Shown here in pieces: positions 26,693 to 40,900 of a stretch of DNA of 64,000 nt. The first letter of the stretch is position 1; each line of letters begins with the position of its first letter. Both the position numbers and the translations under genes were made by a program. Source of the DNA: Balanoglossus misakiensis (Eukaryota > Animalia > Hemichordata); assembly GCA_040954595.2 (NCBI GenBank), contig CM082592.2:7489677-7553676 (forward strand), read 5' to 3'. The notes beneath the pieces were generated by a model. It saw nothing but the letters and a program-made list of their open reading frames with translations. It was not told the DNA's origin and did not search any database.

Positions 26693-28885
26693 TGCATCAG
26701 ATGAGGAAGTCTGTTCCAGTATATATGCCTACTGATGTGCTGTCAGTTTCCAAGACATCTCATTAATTCTGTCTGATTTGTTCAGGAAGGCTTTTTTTTT
26801 TTAAATTTCACACATAAAATACCCTACGGACTAGTCACTGGAGCTGTGTGTCTCACATGTACGTCATAATTGGTGTGGTCTCCGGTTCTGCTGTTTTGTG
26901 GCCACCCGGGGTAGTGACGGTAATGACGTCACTGTGCCAATTTAATCCGCCCTTGTGTATCCAATTGGCAGCTTCAAGGCATATCATGACAATACCTGTC
27001 CACTCAGGGGGCCCTGCATGTATTATTAAGAAGGGTGACAGTTTTTGGAATCTACTTGTAGCAGTTGTCATTCATGCTGTGTGCTTCTGGGGAAAAAAAT
27101 GGCAAGCCGTCGCAAGATGTTTATTGGGAGGGGGGCGGCATTCTTGCTTGACCCTGGACCCCTCTCTGTTTGTCATGTGTGTGTGTGTATTTGTGTGCGT
27201 GTGCGTGCATATGTCTGAAACAGCTCACACACATGTGACCTTAATAGTTCTCAGTACTTTAAATGCAGAATGCAGGAAATAAAAATCATCCCCCCCCCCA
27301 TCCTTCTGTGGTTCAACAATCTAACAGTTTTCTGGAAATGACATAAAAAAGTCGCCATGACCACACAGTGGACGTATCTAAAATCAAGTTGATCATAGAC
27401 TATTAATAACATTGTTTTCAAATGTTGGTAAATGAGCAATTGTGCTCTGATGAGTGCCGTTAATATATAGCGCTGGTGTTTTAATTTCAAGCATTCTATA
27501 TATAGCTCTGCACTTTTTAACACTTGTGGGGAATGTGTCATTTACAGCGACCCTTAAAGAGATTGGCCGAGCATGTGACTCGCGTGTGACGGGGTTCGTC
27601 AGATGCTGCAGGGTCCAAACAGGATTAGGTACTACTGTATTTGAAGAAAAGAAAAAACATCTACAAAAAAATGCAGTCTACTAAAAAATAGAAAACCATA
27701 ACAGCACATTACTATACAAATAAACAGCCAAATAATATGCCCCGGTAACTGTGTGCTGTTGGTCACATTTTATGTTGTCTTTTCTTGTATCACAAAAGCC
27801 ATATTTCACTCCACAAACTGTTCAAAGCCATTAGCTAAATGAGACTAATGAGTTGATCGACCCAATCTACCACCAGTTACAGCTAATTAGTGATGTTTGG
27901 GTTGTCTTGCCTGGCTGAGCAGTCGGCTGTGTCGTCTATCATTTTTGACCCATCTTTTTTTTATATGTGGCCTTCTGTGATTGGCTGCAGAGCTCTCCCA
28001 GTATGTTCGAACCCTTGCTCATCGCGCAAATAAACATGACATTTGAATTCATTCTGGAGACAGGGGAGGTTGGGGGGAGGACTGTAAGGGGTTATAAATG
28101 CCGGTCTGCTGGTGACGGCAAGAAGCACATGGACGGTGTAATTAGCAAGTGTGTAATGATCGAAGCGAGATAATTAAAAAGGTTTCATTCCCCCAGCTGT
28201 TGTATATGAATAACGGTGGCAAGTCTGTTGAATATCGCTGTGTTTGAAACAGAGCGTACCACGCGTAGTGGATATACCGGTGTTCTGCTGTCGAATGCGG
28301 GGCTTGAAAAGAAAAAAAATAATGGTTTCACCCAAGTAATACAAAAGACACGACGAAGTGTGTCATTTGTGACTTGCTGACATGGAGCTCATCCTTGTAA
28401 AGGTGATTACCAGCCACCATTGTTCGACACGGGCAAACGACTCGTTGAGGGAATTATTAATAGTCTGTGTGCTGTCAACACGCAGAGCTGTTAAATGAGG
28501 TAAGATTATAGCCGTTCTCGACAAAACAAGCGTCTTTGGCGTTATGCAGGCTGAGTCACAATGTCTAAGATGTTCATTTTCAGTGGCGGGCATGGTTGCT
28601 GATGAATGAGAGTAAGGACTGCAGATGGAGTTTCCCTTCGGGTGAAAATGGAAAGGGTTCTCACAGCTCATGTGGCTTGCCTAATTTGCTTGGCACTCTT
28701 TTTTTCTTCTTGATTCTTTGAAATGAAGAGATGTATACCAACAGGTCAACCAGTTTTTGTCAGTTCTCAACTCCTGATATTGTTAATCCTGATGTGTATC
28801 GAGGGGAATGAATTCAGTGATGGTTCTGAGGGGAGAAAAACAAACAAACTCAGTGAGGATGATGATGATAATGATGATGATGATA

Positions 28886-28917
<32 letters not shown>

Positions 28918-31900
28918 GACGATGATGACGATGATGATGATGATGATGATGATGGTGGTGATGATGGTGATGATGATCATGATGATCATGATGAATGATG
29001 TCATGCCTGCAGGCGAAATTGGTTCAAAAAAAGTGAGACACCACTGGCGATATCAACAGGTTGCATTGGCTAAATGAGCCAGCCAGACAGCTGATTTAAC
29101 CTATTGTGCTAAAGCATTGCTTAATGATGCAATTGTCACAACTCGTTGAAAAGCCATCTCTGTCAAAAATGTATCTGTGTATCAGTGTATGTATGTACAT
29201 AACATAATATGTATGTATGTATGTACCTGTATATCATATGTACATGTATGTATCAAGACCAAAATTTCAAGATGTACATAGTTGCTTTTACCCTCACTAT
29301 TAAAATATGCTATATTTTTTTATTCACCCATAGTGCTTATACATGTATGACAGGGTAAAACCCCAATTACAAATATTCATTGAAAATGGCCATGGGCACT
29401 TTGTTGAACACGGATCCTGCCCAGGAAAATACTGTGGAAAATTTCACTTTTGGCAAGTTGTAAAATGTCCTTGTAAGGTGTTAGACAGTGCTTTGTCGTT
29501 TTTTTTTTTCCACTGTGGAAGACCAATGATTTGGACCGCTTCCGCTGCTGATAGCAGTAAAATTATTTGGATAATTGATCACAACACAAATGCATTTGAG
29601 CGTTGTCAGAACCTTGAGATGTGGTTTAATTGGGTAATGAATAGAATGGATAGTCGATATCTTCGCACTGGGCGGTTAATTTTTTACGAGACACGTGTAG
29701 CTAGGTGTGTGATGCATGTGACATGGTCATTACCCCGCCGGCCACCAGAGGGGCCAGGAAACGCGGTACAGCAAAAGATGATAATGCCATAGTTGAATCT
29801 GTTGGCTTTGCCCTTTAGTTAATGAAGTCAGGACTACCAGAGCAGGTTTCAGGATATGACTGAACGGTCCCGAGGACCACCAGAATGGAAGAAGTTTAAG
29901 GTCTTCACTTGAACTGATCAGGACCACCTTCGGTGTGGAAACGACCAACAAATTGCCCGCCACTGTCCAGCTTTGACTGTCTTTGTGGATTAATTAAAAT
30001 GATACCATACAGGTTTTCCGCTATTAACAGTCTTCCATGTCATATGTCAGAATCCTTGATAAAATAGGGTGTTGAGTAGTCAATGTTTAAATAAGTTCCA
30101 GCTTGGCTTTCTGGGAACGTATCTGAATTTCTCCTATATATAGGATATCAGGCCAGAAAGGGTTAAGTAAGTTCCAGCTTGGCTTTCTGGGAACGTATCT
30201 GAATTTCTCCTATATATAGGATATCAGGCCAGAAAGGGTTAAATAAGTTCCAGCTTGTTTTTTAGTTAACGTATGCTGTGAATCCTAACAGTGCATAACT
30301 GGACGAGCTTCAGGAAACCTGAGTAGTACAGTCAGGAAGACTGCAGCCATATACACTACCTGTATATCTTAATTGCCAATGAATTTTTGAAACAAGCCAA
30401 TAGGATAGCACGTATGTTAATTTGTTGTGTGAAAGATCCAGTATGGCCTGCAGGAGTCAAAATAGTGAAATTAATAAAACAAAATGCATATTGTTTTGTG
30501 ATATGATCCAGTGTGGCCACTGGGACCCGAAACAGAGGACAAAGCCAAAGGCATTACTGTTGATAAGATCTAACATTGCCACAGTGTATAGTATTTGTTT
30601 TGCAATAAGATCCAATATGGCCACCAGGAGCCAATAAAAAAAGAGCCAATAGGGGCAGACCAATTTTACATAAACCGATGACAGTCTCTCTCTTCCAAAC
30701 GTGCACATATGGTGTGACAATTTCTTGTCGCGGAATTGCTTGTATAACAAGTCCAATTGAGCCTCAGACTTCAAATGTGAAGCATGATATCTCAAATAGC
30801 CAGCAGCATTTTGTAATTAGTATGTACTATGCGAGGCCCATGAGCGGCAACTTGATGAAAAATTTTAAGTTTTAATAATCTCTGACATTTAAATTATATT
30901 GCCTGATAACATATTAAGAAAACACTTATTTATGAAAAAAATGGCCAAAAAAAAAAAAAAGAAAGGTCAGTACATTCAGAAATTCCTGCATTTTAAGGAA
31001 AAAAAATGAAATATGTCAATGAAAAATGAAAATGTTTGCTGGAAAAGAAGTGCAGAAAAAAAATGTCTGCTGAAAAAGACACACATCAAAAGTTGCATCC
31101 ACTTTCCCTTTATTGTCAATGAGCACAGCCTAACCTAGTGTATATTGGGTCAACAAAATGGCACTCTTTCATTAAAATGTTGTATTATAAACATGATAGA
31201 TATCAGAATAAAGTGCAGTTCTGACAAAGAATAAAAAAAATACAGGCATTGTTTGCGTACACTTGCGCAAAGACAAGCTGTTGTTTATGGAAGTATGCAG
31301 AGTGCCGGTATATAATTCCTGTCTACCCTAAGCTATGCAGGTTCTAATCACATAATAGCTTTATCTTTTGTATATATTGAGAATCCTATGATCCTTTTTG
31401 TATAACATCAGTCACATTGAAGGATTGTAAAACAGTTGCAATATTGTGATATATTCTGTTCTTTACATAATTAATACCAAGGATTCAGCACTTGTTTTAT
31501 AAGCCTTATTCAATCTGTTCACCTTAACCCTTTCACCCCCAGAGTCCTCTATAGAGGTCCAACTTTACCATAGAAAACAATAGATTTGGACCGAACCATG
31601 GCGGTGAAAGGGTTAAAACTCAGCTGTGTTCCCCCTTCACCCCACCGGTGCCAGAAGGTCTTCACAACAAGAGTCGAGTGTCAATCATTTCTTAATTAGC
31701 CAATCGCATCATACAGGTAAATACCCGTCACAGCCTGTTGTCTAGATTAGATGGATCAGTTTTTGTGCGACCCTGTTAAAAAAAACCACAAGAATAAGGT
31801 ACTGCCCGATAGACCATCAAGTTGCTTACTAGCAGAACTCTCTTTATGTACATGTAGGTATGCCTATGATCGTTTCATGTTTTATCCCGGTAATACTTCT

Positions 31901-34900
31901 GAGATGCTTTTTCCATTAACAAAATAACTACTAGTTTTTTTCTAGCCAGTGTGGAAAAAGTCCAAGAATGGACTGATAGATTTCGGCTGTGTCTAGTTTA
32001 TCTGGAACCATTACGGATTGATTTCATTCACACCTTGCTTAAGGACAATGTACCAGTACATGGATGTGTGTGTCAATTTGTTTTGCAACACAGTCCAGTA
32101 AGGCTGTGGCTGCTCTGTGGCCATATTGTTCGCATATTGTGGCCATATATTGTTCCATCTCTAGAAAATGAAGTACATGGTATACATGTCTTTACTCATT
32201 AATGACTGGGTCTATTAATAAATTGAGTATTGAAGATGCGGATGATTTCTTTTCATTTCTTTTCATGTCTTCCGACAATTTTCCTCCGTTTAACAATGAA
32301 TAATTCAATTTCCAGTGGGCGTTGTTACTGTCGGAATTGATGTCCTACACTCCAGTGCGTTCTTCAACAAAAAACGATTATTTGTTTAACCTCATTCACC
32401 ATATAACACAGTGGGTGTGACTGTGCCCGATCGAGCACATGGACAGGCTGTGTTGAAAAGGGGAATCCTGGATAGTATAGTATAACCCTTTCACCGCCAT
32501 GGTTTGGTCCAAATCTATCGTTTTCTATGGTAAAGTTGGACCTCCATAGAGGGAACTGGGGGTGAAAGGGTTAAGCTTGATATGAGAAGCACAACAAGGA
32601 GCATGTAGATGATAAACAAAACAAAAATACGCGGAAAAAATGGTCAAAAAACTGATCGTAACAAATGGCTCTGCCAAATAATCTTCTGTCAGTAAGTGTA
32701 GTGGAGTAATGTTATATTCGTACTGGGAATATATGTGCTGGCTACAGGTATGCACAACTACAAAGAGGAGCAAAAGTATTAAAAAAATGTGATTGAGAGA
32801 AAAAGTGAACTAAATGCATGCAAGTACTTACACGCAGTGTGTGTCTGACAATGAAACGCAATACGCGTGTGGTAACAGGATGCTAAATTTATAACAATAG
32901 CCCTGACAGAGATATGTGACTGTATAATTCATGTTTTGTATAGAAACTAGGAATTGTGCCGAGTTGTTCGAACGCGTTGAGTTGCCATTGTTTTCCTGGT
33001 TGTTCTCATCTCTGCTTCCGTTTCTGCGGTTTCCATTCCAAGAATTCAAACAATGAAACATGTCACCACTGGAGGCGGTGTCATACGTCAGTGTGGATGA
33101 GAGGGCCACTGCAAATGTTCAGTTGTGACTCACGGCCGAAATCATCATTACAGTTTTGCCGCTCGTGTTTTTCGGTCTCAGTACTCCTGAGATGCCGACG
33201 GGAGACTTGCGAAAAAGAAGAGGAGATGTAATTCTTCCACTTTTCAGTCTCGGTATCGATCTCAGTTTAGCCATGCTCATTGACACATGGGTGTTGTCTT
33301 GTCACAGTATGGTGTGAAGTTGAATATATGTGATACAATCGAAATGTGAGTCTGGGCTGCAAACTTGATGTTGTGTGGTGCATGCACATGCATACATACA
33401 TGCATGCGCACGTGCATTGATGTAAAGCCCAGCTACATCATATGCATGTAACAAAGACTCATTACATTACAATGGAGTATGCGTTGGTGAAGTTGTACTT
33501 CTAACAAGCGTTGTGTGAAAGTTTCGCAGGGAAAGGTGTTGATCATTCCAGCTCTGACAGGGTGTGGTTTAACCCATTCACCGCCATGGTTTGTTCCAAC
33601 TCCACCAATCTCAATGGCTGTACTGGACCTCTATACAGGAAAATGGGAGTGAAAGAGTTAGACACCGCGTTCACTGTACATGCATGCGCTCGTTTTTCGT
33701 TTCAAAACAATGACGCTTAAATTCCTTTTGATGAAAAGCAGTGTAAAGCAGGAAGCGCATGAATCGTATCGTGGGATTAAAAGCAGCCGCGATCAGTGGC
33801 CGAACATTTTGTTATCCCCTGCAGCGGGATAATTTATGAACCACGTACACAAAAGAATGAGTTGGGAGTCCGGTAGTGATCACGGAGTAAAAATGTTGGC
33901 TTTGTCAAAAAAGAATCCTAGACACGCTTGCATGTTTGTCGAGGAGAAGAAGCATGTCTGTTTCTATTTATTGCTACAGTCTGAATCAGTTTGCAGTAAT
34001 GATATTCCAGTTCATGTAGACACATGCACAAAAATGAAATAAAACAGAGTTTTTTATTTGTTGGGTATAAGATAAAGAACCTTGTGTTGAACTAGCGCAA
34101 CAACCTGTCCAGGCAGATCTACAGTGTTACGGTGGTTGTTAATTTAATAACAAGCGGTATCTTTGGTTTTGTCTTCTTTTGTCGTGCTTCAAAATACAAT
34201 GAAGGCTGTTGCGTATATATATGATTGATTTCTCTGCAAGTTCTAGAGTGATGACAACTTGTGGTTGTGACTACATGTACACTCAGACGGTCTGTTTCAA
34301 GATGGAGTATCGCTGGCAGCAGAATTATACGCCGAGTACACGTAGTACAAGTGACTCGACGCGCTTGAGTGAGTGAGGTACGGATATATCCCACTGGTGT
34401 GATATTGTCAGTCTATCTGCTCTGCTGCTTTTAGAGGTGAAAATTTCAATCGAATTAGTCTTGTGTTACTTATGCTTCAATGGGATGAGCCGGCCACTGT
34501 ACAGTGAAAAGTTCCATACTGTCCACAGTTTGCTTGATTACATGCACTGTTTTTGGCGCATACAGATGATTGCACGGCTTGCCGCATCATATTTCCTAGA
34601 GCGACTCGGCTGGCCTGTATCTGTACAATAACAAACAAACAAAAAATCAAGTGGTTTCTTTCTTTCGAAGTACGTGTTTTGTAATGTGTAACATGAACTA
34701 CTTTCCTTATAATTTGAAGATAAACATTTGCCAAGCAATTTTTAGGAACTGTATATTACACATACAAGCTTGGAGGGCTTTTGGGGAGTGATAACAAAAG
34801 AGTGGTGTCTTTAAAAAAAGTTTCTGAAATGAGCCCATCCACAGCTTTTAATAGAAATTTTACAGTACCAGTAACTTTCATTTCTAGATTAGTTTTTTAA

Positions 34901-37900
34901 AGTCTTTTTTTAGATGTCTAAATGATATCTTGTCTACGTGAGCACGGAGCTGACTGTGTTTGCTGTGTACTATAGTTTGCTGGCATGTTGGCTGTTAGTC
35001 TTTGGGCGTCCGCTCCAGTTGTACACGTTGAATTTCAGTGGGTGTTTTGATGGCCGCCATTGCTGATCTGTGAACTGAGGTACGATAATCGAGTTTGGGT
35101 TCAGTTTTTTCAGGAAAAGCCATTTTAGCCTTGTATAATTCGCATGATTTGTTTATTTTCTACAAAAATGGACAAAAATTGTTGTGGAAGTTGTATTGTG
35201 GGGCTTCAGACATTTAGTATGATTCTTACCTCACATGACGCAGAAAGGACCATTTTTTGTGCAGTTGAATTCTTGAACATTATTTTTGACACAAAAATAG
35301 GCAAGTCACAGTTCGTGTGGCATGGCAGTAGCCACTGTACACAGTGTCTGTGTCTGATCATCTCAAGTGCCAGCAGTTGCCATCGTCCGCTCGCACGGGT
35401 CGCAAAGACCCCTGCGGGCAAAGATGGTAGTTCCTGGCGCAACTAAAGAAACGTAACCGTGAGGATAAAATGTGCAAGAAACTTCTGTTTCTTCAAATTC
35501 ATAAAATGTACAATTGCGACAAAAACAGTCTTTGCCTTGCAGTACAAAATACATTTGCTTTTATTGCCTAGGCTATCATCCCACTCTGTAACCTAGGAAA
35601 CATCAGACCCGTAGGCCATCGCAAGAAGCAATACAGGGATCTGTTACTAGGAGCCAGACTTGTGGAACTTCTTGAGACATCCCAGTATCACATTACACAT
35701 GAATTTTGTGAAATGAAACATTTTCAGGTTAATAACTCCTAAGTCAGTGACTCGCCGCTAATCTAGCTCGAGGTGACTGTAAGTCAGACTTATAGTAGAC
35801 TAAATTAAAGTATACCCTTAATTTACATATGTCCCCCTAATTTACATGTGATGGCTGTGGCGTGCCCCCTGCGAAGTCGGTCGCAGAGTGTGTTCCTCAC
35901 TCTGGATTGGATGCAAGGTTATTGTGACGTAATTAGTCCTTCCCCTTTCAAGAGAAACGTGTCAAACATCCTGAAATTGTTAGATAGGGGTGGCCATAAC
36001 AGGATACGTACAAATATATAGGCTTCCACACTGGCAGGAAACCTTGGCACTACCTTGGCATTTGATGTGGATGGAACTTGTTTTGAAAAGAGCATCCATG
36101 ACCCTGCCCAACCAATGAAGGTATACAGCTGCGTATCACTTGACATCTGATGCCATAATATATCAACATAAACAACCTGTTTGTTAATTAACATCCAGAG
36201 TAGACAGACCCAATGGACTAGCCCGAGTTATAACCGAGTATAATTATGGTACATTTCATTAATGGCTGTCTCCACTATTTGTGTACATCATGTGTCTTTC
36301 ATTATCTGCCTTGTATTGGCTAATTGGCCTGTTTAATTTGTCTTCAGAGCCAGAGATCGACAGATGGACGCCAGACTTAGATTTGTCCCACAAAAATTAC
36401 CATACAATATTCAAGGTTCTTCTGCGATCAATTAGTAATCATTGTGTTGAAAAAAATAGTTCAGACTCTCACTCAAACAGAAGTGTATTGGCTTATATTG
36501 ATTTTGACTCTTTGCTGTTTGAAGACATCCTGTTAAAAATAATGTGATAGCTTTTAAAAGAAAGACCAGTGCATTAAATGTTCAAACATGTGATTTGCGC
36601 AAACAGAATTGTTAGCAAACTTCATGTGTTCTTAGTGTGCTCTTGAAAGTGGACTAATCAGAAATGAATAGAGCACCCACATGTCGGGCTCGTGCTTTTG
36701 ACAGAAAATGGATAGTCCTGTGAGTGTTACATTACTGCTGTCATCTCAAACGGTAGCTGCAGTGCCTCAGGCGCTATTCTGGTATATTTGGCCGTGAAGG
36801 ATGTCTTTTTAAGGAGGAAGGAGTAGCTAATGAGCCGTGTGTCATCTTGATGGGCAAGTGATTCACAATCTGGCTGGCATCTTTTCATCTGAAGGGGCAC
36901 CCTTGTCCTTGACTGTTAATTCCCCACTGCGAGATTAGCACACTTGACATTTGAAAGTCTTTTGATAAAGAGATGTGAACGGCAGACAGTCCCAGTTATA
37001 CAACACGCTTTTTTGAAGACAGAGAGAAAATGCGAAACTGTTTAATGCGAACAGACAAATGTCTTTTGACGCTTTTTTAAGGTTTAAGTGTCTCAACCCC
37101 CACGGCACATGATGTCTTTTCGAAGTACGCTGATCATCAACATGGAGCAGACACAGACGAAACCGAGAAATTATCCGCGAAACCGCTTGTCTGACAGTTC
37201 TGCTATTTTGGTGTATAACATGTAAGAGAGCCAGGGTGGGAATATTTGTCGTACTGGGAGGGGCTGAGAAGATGGTGGAAACTCTTGTAACCATTTTGTA
37301 AACATGCATGCAACATTTCTTTTTATCAAAATGGGAGGGCAGTTTCATTTGCGCTATTGCATGCCTGTACATGAAAGAGGCTGTGGGGGATCCGGTGTAT
37401 GTTGGCAAACAAAACAACACGAATAACTTTCCATACACATTGAACATGGATTTAATAGGTCAACAATGACAACCTTATAGCCATTGTGTCAGTGTACAAA
37501 AATAACTCATACATAGAGAGTGAACAGTTGCGCCAAGCGGACAATGATGGAAGAGATGTATTTGCATACCAATGTGATTGTCATTAAATCTCATGAAACA
37601 AAAGAATATAAATGGTGGAAATAGCAGATGTGCAATTATGCTTTGTTTTTTTTTAAATACCATTTATAAGGGAAGATTATATACTTTAACCTTGTGTACC
37701 GGCGGGGTATATGTTAATTGCTTTACATATCACATTGCAGTCGGAGTGTTTGAGCAGAGCATAATTCTGCTGTGGAGTTGTCTGTTTGGGAGCAGATATT
37801 TCTCATAAAAGGGCGTGTCATCTAAATTGTAGTCGTCAGGTGTGACAATTCAAGCTTTTCCTGTGTCACTGCTTATTACTAGACCAATTGGTTTTTATAC

Positions 37901-40900
37901 AAGGAGATGTCACGGACCACCGCGGATACACCACACCAGATAGGCCTCATTGTAAAACACCTTCTGTAGTTTCTCTGCCGGTTAATATCATTAATGTATT
38001 CCCAGGTGGTTTTCAGAAATGGCCGTCACGTTTATTACCAGCCATTAGGGTGAATAATATGACAGTTTCTTGATTGGCTTTGTTTATTTATTTTTCTGAG
38101 CCTTCGTTGTAATTTCTACACCTCGTTTTTTTTTTTTTTTTTTTTTTTTCGGTTTTCATGCTTGCAGGTTTTCACCAAGAGTGCCACACTCCTAATATAC
38201 CCAATAGTGCCTTAGAATTCGATGCTCCATGGATGTGCATATATTGTACCAGAGAAACCGTCTGCCCTTTCATTGAAAACCCCTTTGAGAAAAAGGAGCA
38301 AAACAACCCTACTGACGACATTGCCGGAGATCTAGTAAGTACAGCTCTCTCTCTTTCTCTCTCTCTCTCGCTTTCTCTTCAAATGTGCACGCCTCGCGGG
38401 CTTGCATCATCACCGTCAACAAAATCCTTGAAAGTACAATTATACAAACTCCATCCGAAATAAAGAGGGCAGTTACTATTTGCGGTTGCAATTTCTGCAG
38501 AGAAAAAAATGAGGGTTTATTTTGATGTCACTCATTCATTCGCGGATGGATTAATGACTGATTCAACCCAGTTGAATTAGTTTTGTTGTTATAGGGGCAC
38601 ACGTTTTACCGAAAATAGTTGAATAATGTTATGGCTGCTGGTAGGGAAGACTGCAAAATATACATGGATCACATTGTGGAGTGTGTTTTCTTGTGACATG
38701 GACAGCGACGGTGTTTAATATAATATATATTTAAACAAACATCCTCCCTCCCCACACAAACACAAGCTGTGTAATACTGTAAAATGGGAAATTCTTGCGG
38801 CAGGAAATTTTCGCGATATCAAAAGAGGCAGCTGTTACACAACGATTAATTTTCTAAAATGCGATTGTTAATAAGCTCTAAGTTTAAAATTTACAGTTAT
38901 TTTTTTCTATAGAATTGTATGCGCGCGGTGTGATGTTTCAAATAGTGTCACATTTTTTTCTTCATTTTGCTTCAGGACACTGATTTTGACGAATCATCAG
39001 ACTCTGAATCAGGCGCTGACAGCCAAGAACAGCCAGACACAGTCGAGGACAGCAAAAAGATATGCACCAGACTGCGGCACAGGAGGCAAGATGATGATGA
39101 TGACAATGCTGACAGATCAAGCAGGAAAAGGTTAGCAAAAGAAGCTGCCAGCCGCCTGGTCTCAGAGTTGAGTGTCCTGGACTCGCTGTTGGACCGCTCG
39201 TCAGACAAGCCCAAGGCGAAAGTCAGGCCAGTCCTGAGGACCGCAAGGGACCGCTCGCCCGACGAAAACACCGAGGGTCAACAAGACGCGGAAGAGAATT
39301 TCAAGAAGACGACAGCCGAGCACTCCCACCTGAAAACCTACTTCAAACGATCTCTGTCGAGGGATGTCGGTGCAATAAGGAGATCGTCGAAGTTCCTGAA
39401 ACAAACTTTGTCCGCCAGGAGCATTGCGATGTATAGTCACTTGGCATCGAGAAAGAATGCCGCGAAACGAGCATCACTGACTCCCAGGCAGTTGCCCGGT
39501 GTCAATTCGCAGAAGGACGAGAAGGTTGACGGCAGGCAGCAGCCGCCGCCGTCGGGAGACTTCAGCGGCAAGCAGCCCGAGCGGGACGTGTCGTCGGTGT
39601 GCAAGTCGCCGTTTGTCGCGCTGGAAAAGCTGCAGTCGGCCGCGGTCAGCCGTTATGTGTCCGGCGCCCAGCAGCAGCTGCGGAGGAGCCAGTCGGTCCC
39701 CGACGGTGCAGGCCTCGGCAAGCACGACCAGAAGGACCCCTTCCAGGTCGGCCACAGCAGCCTGCAGAAGATGAAGTTCCACGGCGCCCTGCAGCAGAAG
39801 CCGAACCCGGCCTCCAAGATGATTTGGTGGAACGAGAGGTTTCTGGAAAAGTTCAAGATTCCCGTCCTCAACAGGCAGAGTGGTGGCGCGAATCAAAAAG
39901 GCGAAAGTAAAGCGGACTCTTTAAAAAGACACGACACCCAAAAGTCAACCGAAGGCATTGACCAATGTGACTCAGCAGCTGGGAAGAACCCAAGTTCAAG
40001 TTTGCCGGCGAGCACGCCGCCACCAAGGGAAGACCCTCTCCAGGTTTATTTGGAGAAACAGGAAGAGTTAAAAAAGCACAAAATCAGTCACAAGTTTAGC
40101 GCGCCACACAAGGATTTGAGCTCTTCGACAAAATCGGTTCTCGTCTCAACAAGGTCCGCTTCGCAGCCCTACCGTAAGCGCCACAGTCTGTCGATTGAGA
40201 TCAAGAACGAACAGGCGAATATTAATCATTCCGCGGTTTCAAAACACCCAAGCAATACCGGCAGCACCTCCGACAAAGAAGCCAACAGGATGGACAGGGA
40301 GATCCCCCTGCCCAAGTTCTTTCAGCGAAAGCAATCCGCCATCATGTCCCTGGAGAAGGAGAGCAGAAGCGACAGGCTCAAAGAAAAGTCGCCGGGTGAT
40401 ATCCGAGAGAAGAAAGTGGAGATGACGAGAGGTAGAAGTCAGTCTCTGGAGGACGCTAAAGTCAGAGAGAGTCCCGCGGCCGAAAATGCAGCCAGCCAAC
40501 ACAACGGCAGTGCCAAGGACAGCCATGTTGTGAAACATTTCAAGAAGAAATTCCACATTCCGCGGCTGGAGGAGATATCCACTTCTGTGCCGGACAGATT
40601 CATGGCAAGTGACACGGATCAGAGCGACGAGGACAGGAATGAGAGTGCGACAGACGACAGGACCGTGCCAGCTGAGCAAAATTTAGAAGAGGGGCCATCT
40701 GAGAGGAGCGGAGAGAACGCTGGTTCTGCGGAGGATGGGCGGGGCGGAGAATTTGAAATGCCGCAGCTCGTACCTGTGAAGGAAAATCAGAGCGAAACGA
40801 AGTCCGCAAACAAACAGCCCGTTCCCCGCGACGAAAAGAGTGCGCTTCAAAAAAATGAGAGTGAGAACGGAGACTGTGTTGAGAGCAGGATTTTGATGAG

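Noticed and set aside
26491-26766. (CV)n and (HT)n ORFs
   Set aside because: Translations of a (CA)n microsatellite.
28723-29077. Poly-D, poly-M and poly-I ORFs
   Set aside because: Translations of an intronic (GAT)n microsatellite; an exon here would interrupt the PHD finger.
30087-30257. CRISPR-like repeat array
   Set aside because: Contiguous tandem units with no unique spacers, no cas genes, and a eukaryotic context.
19420-38334. Calling the gene Pcl/MTF2/PHF19
   Set aside because: Only Tudor and PHD1 match; PHD2, the EH domain and the PRC2-binding tail are not seen, so no symbol was assigned.
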